Assembly: GCA_965240325.2 (NCBI GenBank) | Contig: OZ251235.1 | Location: 434,001 to 498,000 of the forward strand | Direction of reading: 5' to 3' | Length of the DNA stretch: 64,000 nt | Source: Rebecca billardiae RCC1528 | Taxonomy: Eukaryota > Protista > Haptophyta | Part shown: positions 23,242 through 34,354 of the stretch, in pieces | Layout of the letters: each line of letters opens with the position of its first letter | How positions within the stretch are numbered: the first letter of the stretch is position 1 | Notes under the pieces: generated by a model | Database searches by the model: none | The model's input: only the letters and a program-made list of their open reading frames with translations | What the model was told of the DNA's origin: nothing | Translations under genes and position numbers: made by a program

Positions 23242-24237
23242 ATGGTCGAGGTGGTCAGCCGCATCTGCGGGCATCCAGGCTGCAGCAAGATGCCGTCCTA
23301 CGGCATGCCGGGCGACACGCGCGCTAGCCGATGCGTCGCGCACAAGCTGGCCGGCATGGTCGACGTGAAGAACCGCCCGTGTGATCATGCCGGCTGCACG
23401 AAGCTGCCGTCGTATGGCATGCCGGGCGCGACGTGCGCCACAAGGTGCGCCGAGCACAGGATGGTCGGCATGGTCGACGTCAGGCACCGCACGTGCGACC
23501 ATACCGGCTGCACGAAGCTGCCGTCCTACGGCGTGACGGGTGACCGGCGCGCCAGGCGCTGCGCTGCGCACAAGTTGGCCGGCATGGTCGACGTGAAGCA
23601 TCGCACGTGCGACCGAGCCGGCTGCTCCAAGCTGCCGTCCTTTGGCGTGCCGGGCGACACGCGCCCCAGGCGGTGCGCCTTGCACCGGGAGCCCGGCATG
23701 GTCGGCCACGTCGCCACGCGCACTCGCGCGCGGGTGGAGCCTGAAGGCCCTGTGGTCGGCATCAAACGCCACCGGGGCGAGGACGACACGCTCGTGATGG
23801 CTCCAGTCGTCGCCACGCCATCATCGCATCCGTTCTCGCATCCATGCTCGCCGGCGGTGCATGTGTCGGCTCAGGTCGTGGGCTCCTACCCGCTTCCCCA
23901 TGGCGATGCTCTGGGTCTGCCCGTGTGCGGGCCACCCGAGAGCATGATGCACGCTCCTCCGGGCATGATGGTGATGCACACGCCGTTCGCGCCTCCTCCC
24001 GGCATGATCATGCACGCCCCTCCTCCCGGCGCAGTGTGCGTCCCTCCTCCTGGCATGATGGGCCCGCATGCCCTTCCTCCCGGCGCAGTGCACCTCTCTC
24101 CTCCTGGTGCGATGGGCCCGCAGCATGCCTACGACGCGAGCGTTCCCGTGTCGTACGTCATGGTGCCCATGGCCGTGCCCAAGCACGTGCCACAGTACCA
24201 CTACCAGTACCAGTTCCAAGGTGGTTGGCAGCATTGA
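23242..24237 (+). CDS. EsV-1-7 cysteine-rich repeat protein (4 repeats) with Pro/Met/His-rich C-terminus
   Basis: Four ~38-aa repeats C-x4-C-x-K-x-PS[YF]G-x8-9-C-x2-H-x3-GMV(DV), the EsV-1-7 motif pattern; intronless. Confidence 0.85.
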   Translation: MVEVVSRICGHPGCSKMPSYGMPGDTRASRCVAHKLAGMVDVKNRPCDHAGCTKLPSYGMPGATCATRCAEHRMVGMVDVRHRTCDHTGCTKLPSYGVTGDRRARRCAAHKLAGMVDVKHRTCDRAGCSKLPSFGVPGDTRPRRCALHREPGMVGHVATRTRARVEPEGPVVGIKRHRGEDDTLVMAPVVATPSSHPFSHPCSPAVHVSAQVVGSYPLPHGDALGLPVCGPPESMMHAPPGMMVMHTPFAPPPGMIMHAPPPGAVCVPPPGMMGPHALPPGAVHLSPPGAMGPQHAYDASVPVSYVMVPMAVPKHVPQYHYQYQFQGGWQH

Positions 24238-25385
24238 TGCCGACGAAGGCCCACGACGGAGGCTGGCTCGATCCACCACGCGCTTCTCCGCGGATCGCGG
24301 ATCGCAGGGCGCTAGCGTGCCGTCGGGCCGTCGGCGGCGCGCTGCCAATGATTCTGATTCATCCCGAGTCCGAGACGTCTAAGACGACGAGTCCGCCGCC
24401 CGCGACGACCGCGCGCCCCCTGATCCGATCTCATCAATCATCATCGATCCGAAGCGCAGGCGACTCGGACACTCGGATGCCATAATCCCTCGTAATTGTC
24501 GCGCCGATCGCTCATATTGCATGCTGTCATTTTAATTAATATATATATGTCAAATATATATATGTCAATATCGGTGCGGTCGGCCGTGTCCTCCGACCTC
24601 CTCAGCATGCCAAGAGCGAAGCTGTCTCCAAGTAGCATCGCCTATAGATATGCCGATGATGTATACTCGAGGTTGGGATTTTGTTCCGGGCGCAAAGAAG
24701 CACGACGGGAGGCGATGCGGATCCTCCTTGTCTTAAAAGTGCTTTGCTGGCGCTGATGAGCAGGGGGCCCGAGCGGGATCGGCCCAAGTGGCTCGGCTCG
24801 ATACTGCAGGTCGTCGTAGTTACTAGACGCGGCCACGACGATAATGAGCTTGGGGCTAGCCGCTTGCTTGACGAATGAGAAGCTGCCTTAATGCTGATGG
24901 AGAAGCTCCCAAGAGATCAATCTCAGCACATGCTATCTCAAGAGCCGCCGCCAAATAAATAGACACGAGCGAGCCATATAGAAGAGTTCGGGACAGGCGG
25001 AGGCCATAAAGGAGGAGCGGCCATGAGTCGTGATGAAGAACGTAATATAATAGCACATCATGATGATATAGTAAAGATCTTGTCAAACATAGTATACTCC
25101 CTGGTGAGTGGTGTTGTCTGTTGAAGGGTCGGCCGAGATGCCAGATGGGTGGAGTGTCAGCAAGTACTCGGAAACGTGAGCCGCCGGCACCATATTCAGG
25201 GTGCCAGCAGTCACCGCACCTGCAGCAGGATCACGCACTCGCAGCAGATATGATGGATTATTAAGCCCTTGGTCGCAAGCGGCACGCCTGCATCGCCTCC
25301 TTCTAGCAGCCTCCGGTGTCTCCGGACCGCGACACTGCTCGGTTCAGATAGCTGATGCGCGCTACTAATAACGCGCCACATATAC

Positions 25386-25422
<37 letters not shown>

Positions 25423-25507
25423 ACGCTTATTCGACGACGAATAAGTTATAAAATCGGGCTATGGTCTACGAGTACGGAGTATGGGCGAGCGCTATGGGCG
25501 GCTATGG

Positions 25508-28500
25508 CTATGATGTCCAGCACACCTTGACCTGCGCACCCGCACGAGGGACCGTACTACCATCGGCGACGCTGCCTGCGCCCGCGCCGGGAGCGCGGCC
25601 CAATGCTGATGATGTCGAAAGCTCGATCGCCACCCGCGCAGGCATGGCTGCGCGGGTCGTGCGCGCGGCGCACGGGCGTGTCCCGTCCGCGCAGCAGCTC
25701 ACGCGCACGCTCTGCGGCAGCGCGCTCGCCTCGGACGCACGTGTGAGCTCGACCTCGAGGCTTGCATGGGTCGTTCCAGGCGGCGCAGCTGCGAGGTGAA
25801 GTGCGGTGCAGTCGCCCTGGAGCTCAGCACGCTCGATGGTCGCGCCATCGACGCTGAGCGCCAGTGCCGGGGGCGCGAGGAAGAGCCGACGACGGTACGC
25901 ATCGCGTGGCACGACGGTGATGGCTTCGGGCAGCCGGCTCGGCGAGGCAGAGCCGCCGCCGCCGCCGTCGTGCAGGGTGCCAGGCGCGACTGGCTGCCCG
26001 CCCTCCGTCCGCTCCAGATCACACAGCGCGCACACCCAGCCGAAGGGCGCGTGGTGCGCGACGTAGCTGCCCGAGAGCATGGCTGCGCCGTAGAAGCCCG
26101 GCCCGAAGTCCGCCGAGTAGTTGTCCCGCTTGAGATGGCTCGGGTCGGAGTGCCACGCCATCGAGACAAAGCCGCTCTCCGCGTCGATGGTGCTCAGCGA
26201 GCCGAGCGCCGCCGCGCCGAAGATGCGCAGCAGATGCGCGCGCTCCGGCCGCGCCTCGTACTCGGCGCGCACGGGCAGAGCGTTCAGCGTGCCGGCGTAA
26301 TGATGCATTTCTCGCTCATTGCCGAGGTTGAGCGCGCCGTTGATCCCAAAGTCCCAATACCGCCGCGCGGCGCCGGAGAAGCCCCAGTGCGGCGAGAGCG
26401 TGGCGAACGCGAGGATCGCCTGCACCGTCGACGTGGCATCGGCGCCGTGGCCGAAGTAGCGCAGCCACGCGTACACCTCCTCGCTCGACGTGTCATCCCA
26501 CGGGAACTCCGAGCCCAGCGGGTAGGCCATGGAGCGCCAGCGGCCGACGCGCGCGCGCATCGCCGCGCGCAGCTCCTTGCCGAGTGCGAGCCAGCGGTCG
26601 CGCGCCTCGCCGACCGGAGCGTCCGCCGCCTCGGCCTCGACGTCGCGAAGGATGGCGACGAAGACCGAGCCGACCATCAGCCCCCACTGCGCGAGGCCGT
26701 TGAGCCGGAGGCCGTGCGTCCACATGCCCAGCGCCGTGCGCGCGGCCGCCGCGAGGTACCAATCCGGCGGCGCGCGCCGCGTGAGCGGCGGCGTGCGCCT
26801 CCGGCCGACGCGGTACAGCGCCCAGTACACGGCCGCGACGTGCGGGTAGTTGTACGCGCGCCACGTCTTGAGGCTCTCGGGCTCCGACCAGCAGATGAGC
26901 CACCAGCACTTGGGCCAGCAGCGGTGGCACTCGGCGTACAGCGCGGGCGCGAGCTGCTTCACCCGCGCGTCCTTGTCCACCGCGTCCGACCAGTACAGCA
27001 TCGATCGGCGCACGCCAAAGTCTGCGCCCGACTGCAGGTAGCGCGCGCGCTCGGCGGCGCTCGCGTTGCGCGGCGCGAGGAAGGTCTGGTGCACCATCGC
27101 CTCGAGCTGCGAGACCTGCTCGGCCGAGGGCATGCCCAGCTGCTTCACCGCGACCGCGAGCGGCATCGCGAGCCCGGCCTCGTCCGAGAGCCCCGCCATG
27201 AACACCTTGGACTGCTCGAGCACCGCGCTCCTGCTGCCCGCGTCCGTGCCAAAGAATGCGGGGAACCGATGCCAGGGGTCGGCCGTGCCCTCGCCGCGCC
27301 AGCTCACCGCGCTCGCGACGGCGGAGAAGGCGCCGACGAGCTCGCGCGCCGGCTTGGTCACGAAGAGGTGCACCGTCTGGCGGAGCGCCACGCCGCCGTC
27401 GGCCGGCGCCGCGCCGCGCGTGAAGCGCAGCTCGACGCGGCAGCGGCCGAGCGCGCGCGGCGCGGCCACGGGCAGCGCGAGCCAGCCCGCGTTCGTGGCC
27501 GCGCCGGCGATGGCGGTCGGGGCGCCGAGGCGGACGCAGCCGGGCGGCGTGACGCGCACGCCCGCGTCGGGGAGCGCGAGCGCCAGCCCGGCCGGCGGCC
27601 GCACCCAGAGCGCCGCCGTCGTCATCTCGGTCGTGAGCGTCGGCGCGGGCATGGGCACGGCGACGGGCGCCGCGGCCGCGTGCAGCGCGGCCTCGACGTC
27701 ATCGACCGTGCGCGCGAGCACGAGGCGGAGGCCGCGCGTGAGCGGGGCCTGCGCGGTGACGCGCGCGGACGACGGGTCGTTCCACGGCTCCGCGCCCCGC
27801 CACTCGTGCCCCGCGTACGCTAGCGTGTGCACCATCAGCTCGTACGTCGACTCGTACATGTAGTTGGGCTCGAGCCGGTCGGCCTCGCGCAGCGGGCGCC
27901 ACGCCTCAAAGCGCGTGCCGGGCGCGGCGCCGGGCGCGGCGCCGGGCGCGGGCGCGAGGAGCAGGACGGGGCCCTGCCCGCGCGCGCGCGTCGCCTGCAC
28001 ATAGCCCCCGTGCAGCCCCACGTACGCCTCCCCGAACGAGCACGCCGACGCCACCTGCTCCAGCGTGCGATACGAGAAGAACTGGTTGATGGTGATGGGG
28101 AAGGCAAGCGAGCCGACGTGCGCGCCCGCGGACGCGTCGGCGGCCGAGGGCGCGCCGCGCTCGCCCGGCGGCTTGAGCGCGAGCTGCCACCACAGCTGCA
28201 CCTCCTCCGCCGCCTCGCCCGCCGCCGGGTCGAGCGCCGGATCTGCCGACTTGGCCTTGGGCGCCGCCTCGACCCAGAAGAACGCCCGGACCGGCGAGTC
28301 CGGTGGCAGCAGTGAGGTGAGCTCAGCCGATCCGAGCACGCGGCCCGGCGCGCGGCCGTGCGCGCGCGCGGCCGCGCCGGGGACGTCGCCCGCCCCCGGC
28401 AGCTGCGCCGGCTTGCTCGTGCCCTCCGCGGTGTTGCGCCGCGCGTGCGTCGAGAACGTGCGATGGCTCGGGCAGCGCGCGCGCGCGGCCGCCGCGTCGC

Positions 28501-29473
28501 CCGCGGCCACCTCCTCGCCGGCGGGCGCGCTGGGCGTGCCGGGCGAGGGCGGCGCGCACACGCGGAAGGTGAGGTCGCCGAGGTGCGCGAACTGGCGCTG
28601 CGTCCGGTCGAGCACGGGGTCGGTCTTCCTGCCCAGGTGCAGCGACGGGTCGCGCAGCGGCAGCACGAACGAGAAGTCCGACGCGCTGTCCGGAGCGAGC
28701 AGCTCGACCGAAGCGGTCTCCTTGCGCAGCCCGACCGCCATGCCGCCCGCGCGGTGCACGCTCAGGCCGTCGGCGATGGGGCTCGAGGCGAGCGGGCCCG
28801 AGCGGCCGCCGCGCGCGGCCGCCGTCGCGCTCACGGGCGCGAAGAGCGTGCCGCTCACCCAGCCGACGTGGCTCCCTTTGCTCTTCGTCACGAGCGGCGC
28901 GTCCGGCGTGAGCACGCGCTTGAGCCAGCACTCGCCCGCCTTCTGCGCGCCGCACGCGCCCTCCTTGGCGCAGAAGATCCACGCGTTGCACCCGCGCTCG
29001 GGCTTCGCCGTCGACGCCTCGGCGCGGCACGCCTCGCAGCACGCGGCTGCGCTCGGCACGACGTGCGACGAGCCCCAGCGCACGACGCCGCCCTCGAGCT
29101 CCACGTGGGCCTCGGCGTGGCACTGTGTCGACAGCGCCTTGGCGACAGGCGCGAGGTCGTCGTCAGTGTCGGTGTCCGCCGAGCCGTGCACGTACGCTCG
29201 CAACACGCTCGCGGGCAGCTCGAGCGGCTCGCACGTCCCGCCGCTCGACGCGGCCATCGCGACCATCGGCCCGGCCGCGCCGTGCGATGCGGCCGCCGGG
29301 TCGATCTCCGGCAGCTCGAGGCTCTTCGACATCGCCTTGGACGAGGTGAGCGAGCTGATCGCCGCGAAGCGGTAGCCGATGGCCGCTATGCTCAACGCGA
29401 CGAGAGCGCACATGGCGCACGTGCGCCGGCCATGACGCCGAGCACCGCGCCGCGCATGATGGCGCCCCGCCAT
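25508..29473 (-). CDS. Membrane-anchored Apple/PAN domain + DUF5695-type glycoside-hydrolase-like protein
   Basis: N-terminal hydrophobic anchor; Apple-like SAAACCEAC...CNAWIFC...ECWLK; DUF5695-like motifs WRAYNYPHV, GLMVGSVF, YPLGSEFPWDDTSSEEVYAW, ARRYWDF, EMHHY. Confidence 0.8.
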   Translation of the reverse strand: MAGRHHARRGARRHGRRTCAMCALVALSIAAIGYRFAAISSLTSSKAMSKSLELPEIDPAAASHGAAGPMVAMAASSGGTCEPLELPASVLRAYVHGSADTDTDDDLAPVAKALSTQCHAEAHVELEGGVVRWGSSHVVPSAAACCEACRAEASTAKPERGCNAWIFCAKEGACGAQKAGECWLKRVLTPDAPLVTKSKGSHVGWVSGTLFAPVSATAAARGGRSGPLASSPIADGLSVHRAGGMAVGLRKETASVELLAPDSASDFSFVLPLRDPSLHLGRKTDPVLDRTQRQFAHLGDLTFRVCAPPSPGTPSAPAGEEVAAGDAAAARARCPSHRTFSTHARRNTAEGTSKPAQLPGAGDVPGAAARAHGRAPGRVLGSAELTSLLPPDSPVRAFFWVEAAPKAKSADPALDPAAGEAAEEVQLWWQLALKPPGERGAPSAADASAGAHVGSLAFPITINQFFSYRTLEQVASACSFGEAYVGLHGGYVQATRARGQGPVLLLAPAPGAAPGAAPGTRFEAWRPLREADRLEPNYMYESTYELMVHTLAYAGHEWRGAEPWNDPSSARVTAQAPLTRGLRLVLARTVDDVEAALHAAAAPVAVPMPAPTLTTEMTTAALWVRPPAGLALALPDAGVRVTPPGCVRLGAPTAIAGAATNAGWLALPVAAPRALGRCRVELRFTRGAAPADGGVALRQTVHLFVTKPARELVGAFSAVASAVSWRGEGTADPWHRFPAFFGTDAGSRSAVLEQSKVFMAGLSDEAGLAMPLAVAVKQLGMPSAEQVSQLEAMVHQTFLAPRNASAAERARYLQSGADFGVRRSMLYWSDAVDKDARVKQLAPALYAECHRCWPKCWWLICWSEPESLKTWRAYNYPHVAAVYWALYRVGRRRTPPLTRRAPPDWYLAAAARTALGMWTHGLRLNGLAQWGLMVGSVFVAILRDVEAEAADAPVGEARDRWLALGKELRAAMRARVGRWRSMAYPLGSEFPWDDTSSEEVYAWLRYFGHGADATSTVQAILAFATLSPHWGFSGAARRYWDFGINGALNLGNEREMHHYAGTLNALPVRAEYEARPERAHLLRIFGAAALGSLSTIDAESGFVSMAWHSDPSHLKRDNYSADFGPGFYGAAMLSGSYVAHHAPFGWVCALCDLERTEGGQPVAPGTLHDGGGGGSASPSRLPEAITVVPRDAYRRRLFLAPPALALSVDGATIERAELQGDCTALHLAAAPPGTTHASLEVELTRASEASALPQSVRVSCCADGTRPCAARTTRAAMPARVAIELSTSSALGRAPGAGAGSVADGSTVPRAGAQVKVCWTS

Positions 29474-29696
29474 CGTTCGCTTTATTCGTCGAGAATCGAG
29501 GGCGCTCCCACCCCGGACCAGGCTACAGACCGGACGACTCCACCGCAGTCCGGCGCTTCATGGAGGCACCTGTGCATCCTCGCCCGCCCGCTACATTAAA
29601 CATCAGGCGCCACCTGGCCGAGCGCCAGACGAAGCTCCTGCATCTATCTACGACTACGTACTACGTACATCCTCGGAGGACGACTGTAGTGGACCG

Positions 29697-30983
29697 TCAG
29701 CGCCGGCGCCTGATGCGCGGCGTGGCGGACGTGGCGAGTGCGACCTTCTTGCGACGCTCCGCCTTGGCCTGCCAGGCGAGCCGCTGACGGACCATCCTCT
29801 CGCGCTTTGCCGCTGCCGATGGCTCTGCGCGCGCGAGCGCCCCGCTCCGCCCGCTCGTGCTCGCCGGCGCGCCGAGTGAGGTGTTGGAGGCGACGGCGCT
29901 GGGAGACGATCGTCGGGCGTCAGCGCCGCGCGCCTGGCCGGCCGCGGCCGCCGTCGAGCCGCTCGTCGCCAGCGTGACGGCTGAGAGCAGCATCGCGCGC
30001 CAGCGCAGCTCGTGCGAGCGGAAGTGCTGCGCGTTGATGGCGCACACGCGCTCGCGCATCGCCGTGATGGTGCGCGGGTCGGAGGGGAGCCGCGCGAGCA
30101 AGGCGTCCGGCTGGAGGGCGAGCTTCTCGGGCAGGATGATCGCCGCGCCCGCCCAGTCGATCACGGGCTCGTACGGCAGCTGCACGCCGTCCGCCAGCAG
30201 CACGGGCACCGAGCACGCGCCGACCGCCTCGGACATGCGGTAGCTCCACACGCCGTCGCCGCGCGGCACGAGCGCGTACGCGGTGTCCATCAGCTCCTTG
30301 TACCGCTCGCGACTGTCCGGCGTGAACTTGTCCGGTCGGATCTCGTGCGGCAGCATCTCGACCACCACGCCGCGCCGCGCCAGCTCCGCGCGCCGCTCGG
30401 CAGAGACGTGCTCGGCGCCAAACGACTTGGCGAGGTTGTCGCGGACGACGGCGGGGTTGGGCTTCTTCTTCTTGAGCGTGGCGCGGCAGGTGACGAAGTA
30501 GCGCGGCGGGACGGAGAGGTTGGCGGGCGGCACGCCGGAGAAGAACTTCTCCGGCGCGAAGGCGAAGCCCGGCGAGGGCACGCGCGAGAAGGAGGTGAAG
30601 ACGAGGTCGTTGCGCGACGCACGGAGCGCCGTGAAGTCGGCGGCGGCCTCCAAGATCGCCTCGTGCCAGACCAGGTAGGGCCGCTCTGGAGGGCGCCGAG
30701 GGAGGGTGGCCAGCGCGCGCACGTTCCCGTAGTACAGGCAGCACACCACCTCCACCTCCGCGCAGTCCCGATCCGTCGTGCGCGAGTGCGACTTGCGCGT
30801 GGCGAGGGCGTGGAAGCCGCTGGCAAAGGTCCAGAACGGCGGCGGGCGGCCATGCAGCCGTCGATAGGCCCACGTAGGTACGCTAGGCTCGCCGCGAGGT
30901 GGGCATGGCGCACGTATCAGCGGCGCCAGCGCGCTGAGCGCCAGCTGCAACCACATGGCGCGCCGGATGGCCCGGGCCGCCAT
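29697..30983 (-). CDS. Exostosin-family glycosyltransferase (GT47)
   Basis: YKELMDTAYALVPRGDGVWSYRMSEAVGACSVPVLLADGVQLPYEPVIDW is the GT47 C-terminal signature; N-terminal signal/anchor. Confidence 0.88.
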   Translation of the reverse strand: MAARAIRRAMWLQLALSALAPLIRAPCPPRGEPSVPTWAYRRLHGRPPPFWTFASGFHALATRKSHSRTTDRDCAEVEVVCCLYYGNVRALATLPRRPPERPYLVWHEAILEAAADFTALRASRNDLVFTSFSRVPSPGFAFAPEKFFSGVPPANLSVPPRYFVTCRATLKKKKPNPAVVRDNLAKSFGAEHVSAERRAELARRGVVVEMLPHEIRPDKFTPDSRERYKELMDTAYALVPRGDGVWSYRMSEAVGACSVPVLLADGVQLPYEPVIDWAGAAIILPEKLALQPDALLARLPSDPRTITAMRERVCAINAQHFRSHELRWRAMLLSAVTLATSGSTAAAAGQARGADARRSSPSAVASNTSLGAPASTSGRSGALARAEPSAAAKRERMVRQRLAWQAKAERRKKVALATSATPRIRRRR

Positions 30984-31109
30984 GGCTGCCGCCGGAAGGC
31001 GCCCAAGCTAAGCCCAGTAGCCCACACTGGTCCGGATCGGACGCGCGGGTGCGAACATTGCGAGCGGAAAGCTGTGCATACGGGGCACCTCGGCCGCCGG
31101 GGTACTGTG

Positions 31110-31203
31110 TCGCCTGCCTGAGCTGTGTGCGTCTCTTATTCTTATAGTAAACTGTAATCTCGCCTGCCTGAGCTGTGTGCGTCTCTTATTCTTAGTAAAC
31201 TGT
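31110..31203 (+). repeat. Two tandem copies of family A element
   Basis: TCGCCTGCCTGAGCTGTGTGCGTCTCTTATTCTTA(TA)GTAAACTGT twice, head-to-tail. Confidence 0.9.
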
Positions 31204-31303
31204 CTGTAGTAAACGGAACAGCCTGCTTCTCCCGTATGTCGTTTCGATATCTTCAGCCCCGCGCCCGGGCTTCCTTCCGCGTGTTGAGGTCGGGGCGGCG
31301 ATC

Positions 31304-33728
31304 ATGGAGACGAGACGAGCGATGAAGGGCCCCGTCACTCCGAAGGGGCTGCGGAGGTCAGGAGCAGGCTTTGGCTCGCAGGCGCTGAGCCTCCTGAGTA
31401 ACCAGACCAAGGACATTGCGCCCGAGCACATTGAGGAGCTGCTCCGGGACATGGACACCGACAACAACGGGGTGCGCAACGCGCGCACGCGCGCGCTGCG
31501 AGGGCATGCGCACGCGCAGCGCGCATGCACGTGCACAAGGCGCGGTGAAGGGCCGCGCGTCCCCGCCGGCGCATTCACTCGCGGCCCCTGCACTCGCCGC
31601 GTGCGCGCCACCGCGCGCGCAGTTCATCGAGCGCCGCGAGTTCCAAGCGTACGTGCGGCGCGTCGGGTGGCCCGTGACGGACTACGAGGTGAAGAAGATG
31701 TTCGACGAGGCGGACAAGAACGGCGACGGCCGGCTCGACTTCGCCGAGCTGCGCGCGGCGTCGTCTGGCCGCTTCAAGTCGCGCGTGCACCGCCACGAAT
31801 GGGTCGGCTTCATCACGCGCGTGTGCGAGCGGCTGGCGGGCGTGTACGACCAGCCGCTGTTCGAGCCCGCCTTCGAGGCGCCGCAGCAGGTGGAGATCAG
31901 CGACGCGCACCAGCGCGAGCAGGACATCCTGACGTACGCGCCGACCACGTACGCACGCCGCTCCACGCCCTCGATGCGCTCGCCCGGCTCGCGCGGCTAC
32001 GCCGCATCCGGAGGCAGCAGGTCGACGCGGATGTCTGTCGTGCGCTCGCGCGAGGGCGAGCGCTCGATGCCGAGCATCCCGCTGCCGACGCTCGACTCGT
32101 TCTCGCCGCAGGCGACGGCGATGACGGGGCTGAACGCGGGCGCGCGCAACCCGGCGGAGAAGGTGCGCGCGCTCAGCGCACACCCACCCGCCGCCTGTCG
32201 CGCGCGCGCCGCGGCGGGCGCCACGCATGCGGGCGTAAAGACGCAGCGCTGGCTCACGCCGCACGCCCCACTGCCGCCGCGCGCGCTCCCCCGCGCGCTC
32301 GCGCGCGGCGACCCTCGGCGTGCGCACGCGCAGCGCATCAACCTGCTCCTCCGCGACCAGCTCCACGTCACGCACAAGCCCGAGTTCCGCCACGTCTGGC
32401 CGCCCAAGGTGGACCACCTCAAGACGCCGCGCCGCGAATACGACCATCGCTTCCCGGTCGGCCGCTCGACCGCGCCGGTCGCGCGCTCGCGCGTCGTGTC
32501 GCACTTTGAGAGCAGCGAGGCGTACACGAGCGGGGCGCGCGCGCAGCAGGCGCGCTCGGAGCACGCGCTCAGCTGGCCGCGCACGCGCCCGCCCCCGCGC
32601 CGCGAGGAGGACCTCAACAGGCCGCCGGCCGTCGCGCAGCTCAAGCAGCTGGTCGAGGCGACCCGCCCCAAGCCCTCGTCTGTGACCAGGCAGCACTACG
32701 TCGAGCGGCGGCCGGACACGCTGGTGCTGCGGCAGGACGGCACGCTGCGCGGCGCGATGGACGACGAGCTGCGCGGCTGGGTGCCCGTGCAGCTGATGAA
32801 CAACGAGGGGCTCTCGCCCTCGCTCGAGCTCATCGAGCGGCGGCAGCGCGGGGCGGCGCGCCGCTCGCCCAGCCCGCCGCGGACTGCCCTGCTCTCCGCA
32901 GAGCCGAGCGGGCTCAGCGCTGGCGGCGTGAGCGCGGCCTCGGCGCGCGCGCGCACTGCGATCGGCGGCGCCGGCGTCGGCGCGCGCGCAGCCGAGCTCA
33001 GCACGCTCAGTGCCGGCAGCGAGTGGCAGCAGCACCTCTCGCCGCCGCCGCCGCCACCGCACGGCAGCGCGCGCCGAGCGCCCACCGTCGCGCGCTCGCC
33101 GTCCTCGCTCACGCCTGTCGTGCGCTCCTCGTCCGCCGCGCTCTCCGGCGGGCTGGAGCAGCCGTCGAGCCTCACGTCCGTGTCGTGGGCCAGCGGGGTC
33201 AGCAGCGCGACGGTGGCGTCGCGGGCGTCCGCCGGCTCCCGAGCGCCGGGCTCGGGCGGGCCGAGCGGCTCCGCGTCCGCGCTCAGCGGCGCGCGCACGT
33301 CGCTGGGTGGGTTCAGCACGCGCACGCTGCTGTACAAGCCCCCAGACCCGCAGGAGATGCGAGGGATCGTGGCGAGGGACCGGCCGCGCGACCCGTGGAT
33401 GGCGCCGCGCACCAGCGACGCGCTCAACGGCCGGCCGCCGGGCACGCTCTCGCGCACCGAGCCCGCCAAGATGGGCAAGTACCTCGCTGACTCTGGGCTC
33501 CCGGACTTTGACGCGCGCTACCACCCGGAGGTGGTCACCGGCTCGCCGCTCAGCACGCTCGCGGTCGGGCCGCCGATGCGGCTGCAGATGACGGAGAACA
33601 TCCACCCGAGCAGCGCGACCAAGGCGCCGTTCCGGCTGACGCTGGGCGCCGGCGGAGGGCAGTGGATGCCGGACGTCGAGCCTGTCTCGCTCGAGGTGGC
33701 GTCGTGGAATGCGCGCGCCATCAGCTGA
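31304..33728 (+). CDS. EF-hand pair protein with long low-complexity C-terminus; exons 31304-31471, 31623-32162, 32334-33728
   Basis: Splicing creates the EF loop DTDNNGFIERREF; second loop DKNGDGRLDFAEL. The second intron is in-frame (GTGCGC...GCGCAG). Confidence 0.8.
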
Positions 33729-34354
33729 TGCACAGAGCAGCACACCTTGAACCTGCCGGGGCGATGGCGACAGCTCGTGCAGTGGTGCGGCGCCTGCGTC
33801 GAGTCGACAAAGGGCACGAAGGCGCTCGTTACGCGCGGTGTCGATGGGCCACGGTGGCTTGCCGCCGCGGTGGTGGCCATCGTCATCTCCGCCACTCGTC
33901 TGGCGGCGGCGGCCGCAGATGATTAGACTTGTCAGTCATGCTCAGCAGTGATCATCAGCGCCGCCGCATCAGCGTGCACAATGGTCGGTCGTCACTGTCA
34001 GCCGGGCTCAGCGCCAGCGGGCCAGCGGCTCTGCAGTCTGCGGCTCGGCCGCGGCGCGCAGCGGCAGTGATGAGCGATGATGATGATCCGGCCATGCAGC
34101 CCATGCACCGCGCACAGCGCGCCAGCGCCAGCATCAGTCGCTCGTCGGCGGTCCGGCAGGTCTACGGCTGACGAGCCGGTGGGCCTGAGACTGGGACCAC
34201 CGCTACCAGTGCGTGGCAGTCAGCACTGCATGACAGTCAGCAGTAGACCAGTAGTTGTCCAGCACAGAGGATGCCAGACCGCCCCGCGTGATCGAACGCA
34301 GATCACACCGGAGATGGGAAGGTGGGTCACATAGGACAGTCTGGACAGGGATCG

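Noticed and set aside
31110-31203. CRISPR-like appearance of short repeated units
   Set aside because: Copies abut with no unique spacers, there are only two per locus, no cas genes, and the context is eukaryotic.
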